The notes under the pieces were generated by a model. That model made no database searches and was not told the origin of the DNA. It saw only the letters and a list, made by a program, of their open reading frames with translations. Made by a program: the position numbers and the translations under genes. From positions 352,001 through 416,000 of the forward strand of contig CAWJAX010000003.1 of NCBI GenBank assembly GCA_963841015.1: 64,000 nucleotides of DNA. The letters run 5' to 3'. Below, piece by piece: positions 19,615 to 30,524 of the stretch; position 1 is the first letter of the stretch; every line of letters starts with the position of its first letter. The stretch comes from an uncultured Methanoregulaceae archaeon (lineage in GTDB: Archaea > Halobacteriota > Methanomicrobia > Methanomicrobiales > Methanospirillaceae).

Positions 19615-20296
19615 TCAAATCTCACCGGTACCCTCATCAGGCTGTTTGTGAAGGTTTCGGACCAGGACAATAACACTTACCACCAGCACCCATCCCGGGA
19701 AGATCAGGGTCACCCAGGAGGAATAATCGATACTCAGCAATAACACAAGCGCCAGAACGTATGTCAGGTATGCCCAGCCACGGTGCATCAGACCGGTGCG
19801 GAGCAGAATGCTGGCCAGAGATATCATGAAAACACCTGACATTCGTATGGCATAGATGTTGAAGACATGATACAACACCATCCGGCTGTAGGTCAGTACA
19901 CCGCTCTGTATAAGGATACTCGATTCGATAGCGTAGCTGCTCAGCAGCCCGGCTGCCAGAGCTGCGCCTATGAAGGTCAGGGCCAGAAACAGCAGACCAC
20001 TACCGAGGAACACTGTCGCAAAGAGGCGATCTTCCATGTCGCTCATGAGATCACGAATTACACCGATGAACCAGAGAAAAGCAATCCCTGCAAACGGAAT
20101 AAGGTTCAGCGCCAGAGTGACCGTTGTTGTGTCTGCCTCCAGCCACGCGAGGAAAGCTGTGGGATCGTGGGGAAGGGAGTCTGTTTATGAGTACCATGCT
20201 GGTTCCGTACAGGACAGAAAAGATTATCCCGGCAATTGCCGCAGCACGCGGTGTTTTCAGTGCCTGACGTTTCGATGCGCCAGATGTTTCCGTCAT
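19615..20296 (-). CDS. Hypothetical multi-pass membrane protein with one frameshift near 20185
   Basis: LKTPRAAAIAGIIFSVL joins, after a frame change, LNLIPFAGIAFLWFIGVIRDLMSDMEDRLFATVFLGSG. Confidence 0.7.
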
Positions 20297-20612
20297 GGGC
20301 TTATCCGTTCCTTCAGGATTTGTTCATAGATGATTATCTCCCCCGACAGGCAACAGGTTGCTTCTTCATTTGTTAGTTTACCTGTACATGAATGAACAAT
20401 TTTTGTGAGAGAGATTTGATTGAATTCTAACACTGAACAGTGTGCGCAATTCCTGTGCAGCCAAAAGTCTTCTGTGAGGCTTTTGTTCTCTTTTTATATA
20501 GTAATATCCCTGGAGCAAACATCTGTTCATCAGGCACTATTCTCTTAAAAATTTTTAGCTGGGAAAATGCGAACCTATTTCACCGGGATACTCCCAACAA
20601 TTCTCTGATATA

Positions 20613-21547
20613 GTGAAAAAGTCCCCGGGTCTTCTCTGGTATGGTGTGCTGGCATTCGGTATCCTGATCCTATGTTGCACCATACTTATCGGTTATATGT
20701 ACTGGGAAGCCGGGACCGTTGAAGTCACAGCCCTTTCTGTTCCCGGGGCCCCTTCCGGCATTGTTTTTATCGCCGATCCTCATGTAAGACCAGAGAACAT
20801 TGAGCATACACGAGGGGTAATCAGGGCAATAAACAGCCTGCACCCTTCGGTAGTCCTCATCGGGGGGGATTTTTCTTACCACGGGCATGAAAACCTCTCG
20901 CTCCAGGAAGTATGGAAAGAGATCGATGCCCCGGTATATGCCGTTTTAGGGAACCATGACTATCTTGCTGGTATTGACGGTGGTGGAATGAAGGGGCGGA
21001 TATCATGGCTGCAGGAACTGTTGCTCCGCTCAAACGATCATGATGCCGGGTTTCTGTACAGTGATTTCCCGGATCCGGACCATGCACAGGCTGTCGTTTC
21101 GGTTCTGGAACAGAACGGGGTAACCGTTCTCCGGAATGAGTACGTGGACATTGACCTTGACGGGAAGCACCTTATGCTGGTCGGTGTTGATGACATCTGG
21201 GCGGAGAGGGATGATCCCCCTGAGATTCCCGATACCGGAGCCTATGTTATCTACCTAGTCCATGAACCCGCATGGCGATCAGACTGGGATGCTGACCTCG
21301 TCCTCTCCGGTCACACGCATGGCGGGCAGTACAAATTCCCCCTGTCTGGGTCATAGAAAAACTCCAGATAATCCAGATACGGGGTCTTTCCTGGAAGGGT
21401 GATGTCCCGCTGTACGTAACCCGTGGAACGGGAACCTCGGATCATGCCATGGAGTTCCGGTATCTCTCACCTCCGGAAATAGTGGTGATCAATCCTGAAC
21501 CGGGAACCCTTCCGGATAATGCCGTTCATACTATTGTTTCCCGCTGA
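20613..21547 (+). CDS. Membrane-anchored metallophosphoesterase (YkuE/YaeI-like), frameshift near 21330
   Basis: ADPH, GGDF, LGNHD, HEP, GHTHGGQ; the shifted frame continues YVTRGTGTS...PPEIVVINP to TGA at 21547. Confidence 0.85.
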
Positions 21548-21666
21548 CAATTGCACGGACTTTTTCCAACAGTGCGGTCGCAGACAGACACGTCATCTTC
21601 GAATTGATTGCGATTCATGGCATTTTTTTTTGAGTACGGAAGGTATATTTCGCGAATCTGTTTCCG

Positions 21667-21853
21667 TCAGGTATCAGACCCCCCACCAACCACCAGAAGA
21701 TACAGCAGAATCAGGATAATTAACAAAAACATACCGATGATAGAGCTCCCGATCCACGTCACTTACCCGGTGTTCCCCAAGACAGATACAGGATGGGCCA
21801 ATGAGCACAATCAGAGCGGCATCGACAGAAATGACTGCCCACCGCATCCATCC
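21667..21853 (-). pseudogene. Degenerate C-terminal fragment of a PAP2-family phosphatase
   Basis: Translates LIVLIGPSCICLGEHRVSDV/IGSSIIGMFLL, a decayed S-R-I-Y-L-G-x-H-W-x-S-D-V-I-G motif with substitutions and a frameshift; no 5' part found. Confidence 0.55.
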
Positions 21854-21952
21854 TTTGAGCTATCCATCGTAGCTGACAAGGCCGGGTAATTCACCCTGAA
21901 ACATTCAGGCCAGGGGTATTACCGGACCACGGTCTCAAGAAAAAAAATTGTA

Positions 21953-22843
21953 TTAAAGTGATGCTGAGGGCTTTTTCCCGGACCCGGATGCAGGTTTCTT
22001 TCTCCACTTTGCTGCAATCACCGCGCTCATGATGATCTGGACAATGATGTATGCCACAAGAACCGCGAGAATGTCGCCAAGCTCTGATGAAATGCTGGTA
22101 GCAAAGAGCAGGGCCATACCGGCGTTACGATTGGCAGAACCAAAGGCAAGCGAGCGGCGGTTGCCCTCCGCTGGTCCGCCGAAGAGGTATCCAAGGATCA
22201 GCGATATCCCCACCGCAAGAGCAATTGCGAGGATGCCCAGGGTTCCGAAGAGATCTCTCAATCCTCCGACAGGGTCAGGTGAGAATATTTTATACAAAAG
22301 GAACACTACGAACACAACAAGGATCATAATGTAGGAAGTCCAGACTACCGGTGACATCAGCTTTTCCGCTACCTTGGGCCATCTGGCACGGATGAAAAGG
22401 CCGATAACCATGGGGATGAACATCAGCAGGAGGAGCGTACGGATAACCGGCCAGACACTGACCGTACTTCCCTCAGGGAGAAGGAGTAGTATCGTGATGG
22501 GCGCTGAAACAAGTGCTATGGTGGACAACAGGAACATGAGCCCGGTTGAAAAAGGCACATTCCCCTCGGCAATCTCGGCAATCCTCGGACTATAGGATGC
22601 CCCGGGGGCACTCGTCATCAGGAGAAAGCCAATAATCATCGAGCCGGAAAGGGCAAAAACCGTAGCAATCAGGTACCCCGCAACCGGTATCAGGATGAGG
22701 TTGACAAGGAGTGCGAACAGGACAAGTTTCACGTTTTTGAAAGGGGCCAGAATGTCCCGCCAGGTATGGCCAAGCCCGATAAAGAGCATGGACGTGATGA
22801 TAAAAAGATAAATACTGACGGTTATGATGGTTTCAGAATTCAT
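21953..22843 (-). CDS. Bile acid:sodium symporter (BASS) family transporter
   Basis: SMLFIGL, ALLVNLILIP, SAPGA, AFGSANRNAGMAL; about nine TM segments. Confidence 0.85.
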   Translation of the reverse strand: MNSETIITVSIYLFIITSMLFIGLGHTWRDILAPFKNVKLVLFALLVNLILIPVAGYLIATVFALSGSMIIGFLLMTSAPGASYSPRIAEIAEGNVPFSTGLMFLLSTIALVSAPITILLLLPEGSTVSVWPVIRTLLLLMFIPMVIGLFIRARWPKVAEKLMSPVVWTSYIMILVVFVVFLLYKIFSPDPVGGLRDLFGTLGILAIALAVGISLILGYLFGGPAEGNRRSLAFGSANRNAGMALLFATSISSELGDILAVLVAYIIVQIIMSAVIAAKWRKKPASGSGKKPSASL

Positions 22844-22940
22844 TTATTCTCTCCATGCTTCTCTTTTTTGATCCGGGAATATAAATAACAGGAGGAAATC
22901 GTTTTTTTCCGGTTATCGTCTCTTCTATCGTGGGGAAAAA

Positions 22941-24348
22941 TCAGATTGAACTGCCCTGCTTTGCAAGCCGCTTTCCAACAAACAAAAGAATGATCAGGGC
23001 GGCAATACCCAGCAACACGATCATGAGAAGGACTGTCGGATCATACACGGACGAACCGGGGTTTATCTCATATACCAGAAGGCTGAGAAGGGGAAATACC
23101 AAAGCTACAGAAAGACCCCTCTGGGCAGTCCCGAATGCTAAAACCGCCCGCATGTGCTGATTATATCCTCCCAAGAGATACCCGATGCCAAATGCAGCCA
23201 GCGTAAAGAGGATGATCGCAAGCAAACCACCATACCCGATAATAGCGGTCAACTGAACGGAAAACACAAATATTACGCCGATAAAAGTTGCAAAAAATGC
23301 ACCATACGATGTCCTGTCCAGCCAGGGAAGTACCCGTGCGATCTTTTCTTCTCTGCCGGACCGCAGGAACAGCGCCAGAAAAAGCGGGATAATGATTAAA
23401 ATTACCAATGTTATGAATAAAAGAACAGGATCTATTACAGACTCACCAGGAACGAGGAATGGTGCGATCAGGGGAATATAGAAAACGGAGAAAATGGTAA
23501 GCAGAACCCCAAGACCACCGGCTGTTCCGCGATTATCAGCAGGTATCTGGTTAGCTCTGGCAAGGAATGGCGATCCTGCCGCAGTACCAACCAGGATCAA
23601 TCCAATCGCAATGCCGGCAGGGAGATGCAATCCGGTAACCAGCAGATACGCAATGACGGGAACAAGTATGAAATTGGCAAGGATTGCGCGGCTGATGAGG
23701 TTTTTATCTTTCAGCGGGGCAAGCACCTGGGAAACGGTAGTCGACAATCCCAGTGTTACCATGCTGACGATAATGAAGATCATGGCCCCGAGGTTTGCAG
23801 CCAGTAACATGATCTCGGTTATCTTGTTGGCAAAGAATAAGACAAAAAGTGAAGTCTACCGTGAAGGAGGCAACGATGATGGGAATTGCGTGCCATCGTT
23901 TCCAGTTCATAAGCCATGCAAATACCGGTGCACCATAAATGCCAAAGGGGGGAATCCACGCAATGAAAAAACAGGAGATAACACCATATTTCTGAAGCTG
24001 GGGATATTTTGCACTCGCTTTTTCCATCTTTTCAAGCCATTTCTGTACCCGTTCTGATGTTTCAGACAGGCTGTCACATATCTCAAAGACGGCTAGCACC
24101 ATGCCGAGGGCAAAACAAAACATGGTTATGATGATTACCGGATTTGAAATACCCAGGCCCACCCCAAGTAACGGAGCACCAGCCTGAAGTACGAAAGTTG
24201 AGGTGATGAGCGTGAGTAAACTGGCAATCGAGGTTCCGGTAACTGTGCCAACAATAAGCGGTATTGCCAGTGCGATTATCACGAAAAAAATGATCGCCTT
24301 TGAGAGTTTTTTGAGGATAATCTTCCTTGTATTTGCCCCGCTTTCCAT
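22941..24348 (-). CDS. Probable fusion of a small multi-drug export-like membrane domain to a BASS transporter; frameshift near 23855
   Basis: ORF 23704-24348 (KYGVISCFFIAWIPPFGIYG) joins the BASS ORF 22941-23810 through TSLFVLFFANKITEIMLL in the shifted frame. Confidence 0.7.
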
Positions 24349-24536
24349 ACTTTATGATAACGCAGGGAATATATATAAATAAGGACTCTTTGTGCATTTT
24401 TTTAGAGAGAAAATAAAAAAAATCCCGGTAAAGATATGGCAGACACCGGGATATCCCTTTACCCGATATCCAAGATCACATGCCATTACCTGAAAAGATA
24501 TAAGATACCAGATACCACCGGATAGCAGATCACCGG

Positions 24537-25445
24537 ATGAATCTTCGCCTTCCCGAAACAAACTACATGCGATACCTAACCCTGGTTATTCTTGTTGGGT
24601 TTCTCCCCGCATCTCTTGGGTATATGTATAATGAGGGGAAGTCACCTGCTGAGATAACCAGTCTCGAAGTTGAAGGTGCACCTGCAGGAATCGTGTTTAT
24701 CGCAGATCCTCATTTGAGAGAGAGTAATTTCAATCAGACCCGGGAGATTGTCCGACAGATTAATGAACTTCATCCTTCGCTGGTCCTGATAGGGGGGGAT
24801 TTTGTCTACGATGATGAAGAGAATCTCACATTCCAGAAGGTGTGGTCAGACATAGATGCACCCGTGTATGCAGTGCTGGGAAATCATGACTATAAATCGG
24901 GCATCGTTGCTTCAGGCTGCTGGGAAAAGACGCTGAATGACCCCCATCCCCCGCTGAAAGCCGGAGATTACAGTGCACTCAGGGTTCATGATGATTCCGC
25001 AGATTATGGATATGCGGATAAAGTAGCCGGTGTCCTGGCCGAAAACGGGGTCAGGGTGCTCCGCAATGAATATGATAAGATCCTTATAGGTAACCAGAGC
25101 GTGATCATTGTCGGTGTGGATGACGGCTGGGCCGGAATGGCAAATCCACCGCATGTGCCGGACGAACTGAAAAATGACTCGTTTATTATTTACCTGGTCC
25201 ATGAACCGTCATACCGTGGCGACTGGGATGCAAATCTGACGCTGGCCGGGCATACTCATGGTGGTCAGATCATTCCGTCAGGATCTGAACGGATTATTTC
25301 TGGGGGGCTGGTCACGTTAAGCGGGGAGATAGAAGAGGGAGATACCATCACCTACATAAGCCGGGGTATAGGAACATCCAACCTTGATGTCAGTTTACGG
25401 TCTTCGCCCCCTGAAATTGTGTACATCAATCCTCAAACAACCTGA
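24537..25445 (+). CDS. Membrane-anchored metallophosphoesterase, paralog of 20613-21547
   Basis: GAPAGIVFIADPH, GGDF, LGNHD, HEP, GHTHGGQ, SRGIGTS, PPEIVYINP; start may be ATG 24567. Confidence 0.88.
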   Translation: MNLRLPETNYMRYLTLVILVGFLPASLGYMYNEGKSPAEITSLEVEGAPAGIVFIADPHLRESNFNQTREIVRQINELHPSLVLIGGDFVYDDEENLTFQKVWSDIDAPVYAVLGNHDYKSGIVASGCWEKTLNDPHPPLKAGDYSALRVHDDSADYGYADKVAGVLAENGVRVLRNEYDKILIGNQSVIIVGVDDGWAGMANPPHVPDELKNDSFIIYLVHEPSYRGDWDANLTLAGHTHGGQIIPSGSERIISGGLVTLSGEIEEGDTITYISRGIGTSNLDVSLRSSPPEIVYINPQTT

Positions 25446-25559
25446 ACGCAGGTCACTTTAGCGTTCAGCTGGATGTATACCAGACCACAAAAGAAAATCC
25501 TGTTTTTTGTATATTCTGACTCTGGTGAAACGGGCATAAACAGAGTGGTCGCACCCAAA

Positions 25560-25748
25560 CCATGAAAATCGTAATATATGCGATGGAACCCCTCCTCAAG
25601 GCCTCTCCGAGACACGGCGGCAGGGGTTTTTGAATTGTTAGTTCCTGATCCGCCGCGGGGGGACCGTTTGCTGGGCGGCGGCAATCATCGTACAGGGATG
25701 CGTGTGAAAAAAATCTCGTAGCATACCAGAATAATTCAATTTTCATGG
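25560..25748. mobile_element. MITE-like module C, stand-alone copy (inverted relative to 54237-54426)
   Basis: Terminal inverted repeat CCATGAAAATCG ... CAATTTTCATGG; its reverse complement is colinear with 54237-54426. Confidence 0.8.
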
Positions 25749-25826
25749 GAAAATCATAGTCCAGAAAAAAAGAAGAAATATCTATCCCCCTGCTGATAGG
25801 GAATAGGAATTTATCAGGAGAATACC

Positions 25827-26405
25827 ATGAAAGTTATTGAAGCGATACACCGTGAAGAAAACGGACGAACCATCGTGAGCCTGAAATTTAAAACCAGAGA
25901 TCAGTTATTTGATTCTGAGGATACATCTCCACTCCCAAAAAAAGAACTCACCCAGGATGCAGAAGATGCGATTCTGAATAATGTGTTTGCTTATAGGGTG
26001 AAAAAGCCTGTTAATATTGAGATACAGCTCCCGATGATTCCGGATCCTGGATCCACGAAAGATATTTCTGATGCAATTCGTAATCATTTCCGCTTTGTAC
26101 TCACTGAACATAAACGCGACACCGCAATTTTCATCCGGGAAAGGAGAACCGCCCTTGCCTTTACAGGATTAAATATCCTGATTGCCCTGCTCTATGTAGG
26201 TTATGCCTACATGAACGAGGACTGGATGTCCACAATTGCAGGAACTCTCGTCGGGGGATTGGTTATAATTATCAACTGGGCTACCATTTGGGATACCTAC
26301 GAATTTTTTATCTTCGACTCACGTGAAAAGTATCAAAGGAAAAAACTGCTCACTAAAATCATAGACGGAGAAATTCAGGTGATTCCCCTTGAAGAAAAGA
26401 ACTAA
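25827..26405 (+). CDS. Hypothetical membrane protein (two C-terminal TMs)
   Basis: AGGAG Shine-Dalgarno, 192 aa, QLFDSEDTSP and IINWATIW motifs. Confidence 0.75.
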   Translation: MKVIEAIHREENGRTIVSLKFKTRDQLFDSEDTSPLPKKELTQDAEDAILNNVFAYRVKKPVNIEIQLPMIPDPGSTKDISDAIRNHFRFVLTEHKRDTAIFIRERRTALAFTGLNILIALLYVGYAYMNEDWMSTIAGTLVGGLVIIINWATIWDTYEFFIFDSREKYQRKKLLTKIIDGEIQVIPLEEKN

Positions 26406-26790
26406 ATCCTGAAATACCTGAAACTCCATTCTCTCTCCAATTTTTTTCGTATTTTGCAATTTCTTTCTCATAATCGGCAGAAAAAATCGGAATTCAGGAA
26501 TATTCCTTCCCTGATGCAGAGCAAAGAATTCTGCCGGATCAATGATTCATTCCACTCATTAGCGCAGTATATACCTGCAATTGGATCTTTTAAACGCTAA
26601 CAATCGAATTGCATTCTCCCGTTCTATCGTGTCTCCATGCTGATTCAGGATCAGCACAACCTGCTTTGATCCGGAAAATCAGGGTAAATGCACTTTTGAC
26701 ATCAGGAAAATGTCAGGCTATTCTTTACTAAAAAAATTACGTTGGCACATCATCTCGCCGCCAGGTCATCTCTAAATAACAAAACTAAAT

Positions 26791-27438
26791 ATGGATATAC
26801 TACAAAAAAACTACACCATGTCTGAACGTTCATATGGAATGTATCTGGCTTACTTCACCCAGGCAGCCCTTGGTTTTAATGTCCTGATTGCAATATACCT
26901 GGGCTTTGGAGTCGCCTCAGGAGTTTTAGGATTCCTGATAGCATTGGTTCCCTATCTTGTCACCAAATTTACCAGGATTAAATTCCCCTGGTTTGTGTAC
27001 TTCCTCATATCGCTGGCGCTCCTGATTCACATTTCGGGATATATCCAGGGACGGTATCTCAATATCCCCAACTGGGATACCCTTGCCCACACGGTTTCAG
27101 GATCGATTTTAGCCCTGCTAGGGTTTATTCTGGTTCTCTTTATGGATAAGATCCGGAAATATAACCTGGATCCTTTATCTATTGCAGCCTTTACCGTCAT
27201 GTTTGGATTGACAGGTGAATATCTCTGGGAGATCTATGAATTCCTTGTCGACACCATCCTTGGAGGCTCCCTTGCCGGCAAGATGCAGGCTGACAACACG
27301 GATACCATGATGGATATGATCTTTGTATTTCTTCCATCACTCATCATCGCAATTGTATGTTATTATTACGTGAGTAAATACAAAAAAGAGACAATCGTAC
27401 ACGAAATGCTTAAGGATAGTACCTTTTTCCCCGAATAA
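26791..27438 (+). CDS. Hypothetical membrane protein (DUF2238-like metal-dependent hydrolase motifs)
   Basis: LLIH, WDTLAHTVSG, LWEIYEF, DTMMDM motifs; start may be 26818. Confidence 0.7.
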   Translation: MDILQKNYTMSERSYGMYLAYFTQAALGFNVLIAIYLGFGVASGVLGFLIALVPYLVTKFTRIKFPWFVYFLISLALLIHISGYIQGRYLNIPNWDTLAHTVSGSILALLGFILVLFMDKIRKYNLDPLSIAAFTVMFGLTGEYLWEIYEFLVDTILGGSLAGKMQADNTDTMMDMIFVFLPSLIIAIVCYYYVSKYKKETIVHEMLKDSTFFPE

Positions 27439-27485
27439 TTTTTCACTTTGGGGACCGGAGATGCCACCGGAAAAAATAATTTTTT

Positions 27486-27776
27486 TTAAAATTTATCGAT
27501 CGTTTCCGGGATCTCAAACTCGGGAGTAGACGGGGGGCTGGTATATACCTTCCAACAGAAAAAGGCAACACAGGTAATGATGATACCAGCAAGCAGGATT
27601 GCACTTATTACATTTTCAGTAACATTCGTGCTCACCGGAATATTAATCCCCGTCGAATCGTTGAGTAATGCGATCACCAGGGCTAATCCAAAAAACAGGA
27701 ATAATCCAACAAAAATCCCAAGGATAACTGCGGCGACAACTCTGAGTATAGCGGGTTTGGGGGCATTTTCTGGCAT
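27486..27776 (-). CDS. Small two-TM membrane protein
   Basis: MPENAPKPAILRVVAAVILGIFVGLF..., two hydrophobic segments. Confidence 0.6.
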   Translation of the reverse strand: MPENAPKPAILRVVAAVILGIFVGLFLFFGLALVIALLNDSTGINIPVSTNVTENVISAILLAGIIITCVAFFCWKVYTSPPSTPEFEIPETIDKF

Positions 27777-28181
27777 AAAATCACTATTTATTCCTGTAAT
27801 ATATAGTAATTGGCATTGACCATACCGGGTGTACTTCCGTGATCTCCCCTGAGATCTCTCTCTGAAGGAAAATAACTGAATACAAAGAGCAAGGAGCGAT
27901 GTAACAGTCCCCCGCCGGAACACAGAAGTAAACATGAGGAAACTCCCTGCAGACCAGGATATAATCCGCACCCGAATCTGACGATACGCTCATATTTTCT
28001 CCGCACCAATATATCGACACGCGAGCGTTCCCCTGCATGCTCAGTATGGTTGATTAAACCTCGCGTACAGATACGGGCAATACCGTTTAAAGGGAGGATA
28101 CCCGGGTCGGTTCAAAGGAGCGGGATTCAGGGAACGTTATGAAAGTTCGCTCAAAGCCCGTAAAAAGCATAGTACAATCGT

Positions 28182-28266
28182 GCGAGGATTGCCAAGCTTG
28201 GTTAAAGGCGCAGGGCTTAGGACCCTGTCTCGCAGGAGTTCGCCGGTTCGAATCCGGCTCCTCGCA
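28182..28266 (+). tRNA. tRNA-Leu (anticodon TAG)
   Basis: Acceptor stem GCGAGGA/TCCTCGC plus A, anticodon arm CAGGG-CTTAGGA-CCCTG, long variable arm, GGTTCGAATCC T-arm, followed by a T-run. Confidence 0.95.
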
Positions 28267-28430
28267 TTTTTCCATTTTTCCTTGGGGTTTAGATAACTAA
28301 AAAATTGCCACTCCAGATATCCAGTGGGCGATTAGTTCTAAAATACATTAATAACAAATCCGGGCCGGGTGCATTGCACTGGCGCGTTGCACGAATTTAT
28401 CAGGAATCGTGTATGAGCGACTAATCACCT

Positions 28431-28829
28431 ATGAGTGAGAACAAAGATTCCCAGTTTCAGACTCAGTATATTCTGGTAAAAAAATATCACCGTCACGTTC
28501 TCTGGCTTATTCTGGGATTATTATTTGCCCTGGATATTTTAACAACATCCATGAGTCTGCACCTGGGGAATTTTGAAAAAAATCCCTTCATGGTCCCCTT
28601 TGTCAATAACCCGCTTCTCCACGGGATAGTAAAAATGAGTGCGTATATTTTCCTTTTTTTCGTCATTGAAAGAGCGGTCGTGTTCATACAGGAAAAACGA
28701 CCTGAAAACAAACCTTTCTGGATTAAACTGAATTTCCAGACATTGTACGGCTTGATAATTTTTGTTCTGATTTATTTAATCTGGGTTTACCTCTACGTGG
28801 TGATGAGCAATATACTGGTAATTTCTTAA
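28431..28829 (+). CDS. Small membrane protein (DUF5658-like)
   Basis: LDILTT...FEKNPFM motif with three hydrophobic segments. Confidence 0.65.
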   Translation: MSENKDSQFQTQYILVKKYHRHVLWLILGLLFALDILTTSMSLHLGNFEKNPFMVPFVNNPLLHGIVKMSAYIFLFFVIERAVVFIQEKRPENKPFWIKLNFQTLYGLIIFVLIYLIWVYLYVVMSNILVIS

Positions 28830-28955
28830 GCGATTTTTTAGAAATCTGAAAAATCTGATAATATCAAAATCCGCTTCGAGCCTTCCAGGGTTCTTTGGAA
28901 AAATTGCAGAGGATCTGACAGTTTCAACAACCAGCGATACTAATAATCCTTCTTT

Positions 28956-29262
28956 TTCGTGGATCATCGTCAGCATCATTTTAAACCGTTGCTATGCCTG
29001 GAGGGCATGCGGTTTGTTTGCCGGCATGATGATTATCTGACCATCTTTGAGCAGGTATTGCGTCTTCTCTATAGAGATCTCCGCTTCACCATCAATTATC
29101 GTGGCAATTGCATCGAATGGTGCCGTATGTTCCGACAGATCTTTACCGGCATCAAAGGCGAAGAATGTGATAGTACCACTCCTTTTAGACGAACATCCGG
29201 CTCACTACGGATCCTTCCATAGAGGTGATAAGGTCTCTTGGATTCAGGATTTTTCCGGCAGG
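28956..29262 (-). pseudogene. Degenerate duplicate of the cupin gene at 30525-30860
   Basis: Long near-identical blocks such as ATCATCGTCAGCATCATTTTAAACCGTTGCT and GAGGGCATGCGGTTTGTTTGCCGGCATGATGAT; has indels and has lost the stop codon. Confidence 0.85.
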
Positions 29263-29375
29263 GATAGCAATAATTTCCCTGGCCGTGGATGATACCCGGA
29301 TCTCATATGTACTATTGGATTCACAATATTTAAATAAGCAATTTATTTAAATAAATTAAAAATATACATATAGTT

Positions 29376-29630
29376 ATGGCAACCATCACCATCAGCGTGG
29401 ACGATGAAACAGAGAAAAAGTTCCGTGAAGTTGTAACACGTATGCACGGCAAAAGAAAAGGAGCATTGGGTGAAGCCACAACAGAAGCACTGAACCTCTG
29501 GGTTAAGGAAAAGAAGCAGGAAGAGATCTCCCGCACTGCCCTTATTCTCATGGAAAAGGAGTACGACCTGGGAGTTCGGCATTACCGCACACGAGAGGAT
29601 CTCCATGGACGGCTCACCAGCGTTGATTGA
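29376..29630 (+). CDS. vapB: Antitoxin, ribbon-helix-helix type (VapB-like)
   Basis: MATITISVDDETEKKFR RHH-type start, C-terminal TREDLH, overlaps the PIN gene. Confidence 0.8.
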   Translation: MATITISVDDETEKKFREVVTRMHGKRKGALGEATTEALNLWVKEKKQEEISRTALILMEKEYDLGVRHYRTREDLHGRLTSVD

Positions 29631-30054
29631 TACCAATATCCTGGGATATGTATTCGATTCCCGGGAACAGGAAAAGCGGCAGATATCTCACGATCTGCTT
29701 GCCAGATGCTGGAAGGGGGAGATACAGTATGCAGTTTCGGTCCAGAATCTTGCCGAATTTGCTGTCATCGTAACAGAAAAAGTGGCCAATCCCCTACCAT
29801 CTGACACCGTCCAGGCATTCATCCACGCGATAGTTGCATACGACGGATGGATAAAAATCGGGTATTCTGGTAAAACAATAGAGGAAGCAATTACCCTCCA
29901 GGCACTCCACAAGATTCATTTCTGGGACGCGCTGATCATTGCTTCGATGAAAGAGCATGGGCTTTCTCATATATATTCTGAAGACCGGCATCTCGCCCGC
30001 GTACCTTCAATCACCGTTATTAATCCATATCATAAAGCAAAGGAGTTCAGATAA
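29605..30054 (+). CDS. vapC: PIN-domain toxin (VapC)
   Basis: LIDTNIL, QNLAEF, FWDALIIA, IYSEDRH, INPY. Confidence 0.9.
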   Translation: MDGSPALIDTNILGYVFDSREQEKRQISHDLLARCWKGEIQYAVSVQNLAEFAVIVTEKVANPLPSDTVQAFIHAIVAYDGWIKIGYSGKTIEEAITLQALHKIHFWDALIIASMKEHGLSHIYSEDRHLARVPSITVINPYHKAKEFR

Positions 30055-30524
30055 AAAAGGATAATAAATATCTGATTTCGGTGCGTTCTTTGGTCTCTCC
30101 ACTGATGATGCGGGTTCAAAGATAGCCTGGTTCTCTCGCATATCTGAACTCATGTTCACAGATCTGATCTTCATCGCACCACAACCCGGGATAGACGGTT
30201 ATTTGCAGAATTTCTGATGACACATGCTGGTGTTTTTTTGGACTGATTCTGTTGGAAAACCGACAGTACAATCGATACCCGGTTCAGCTTATTCATCAGC
30301 TGATTTTTGTGCTGGAAATACCGCAATAACTCAGATTTTACCTCAAACCAGACTCCAGAAATGCAGGAAAATGTATCCTGATGATTGCATTTGGAGGCGG
30401 ATCGGAGTTCGATCAAATATACGGATTTGGAACAAAAAAGAAAACCTGTTTTTTAGTGTCCTGTCTGACACAAGAGTATGCTTCATCGGGAGCAATACAC
30501 CAAATGGATACGATTCATTGCTGG

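Noticed and set aside
27784-28038. 84-aa and 73-aa minus-strand ORFs upstream of the tRNA
   Set aside because: No motif, RBS or coding-like composition I can support
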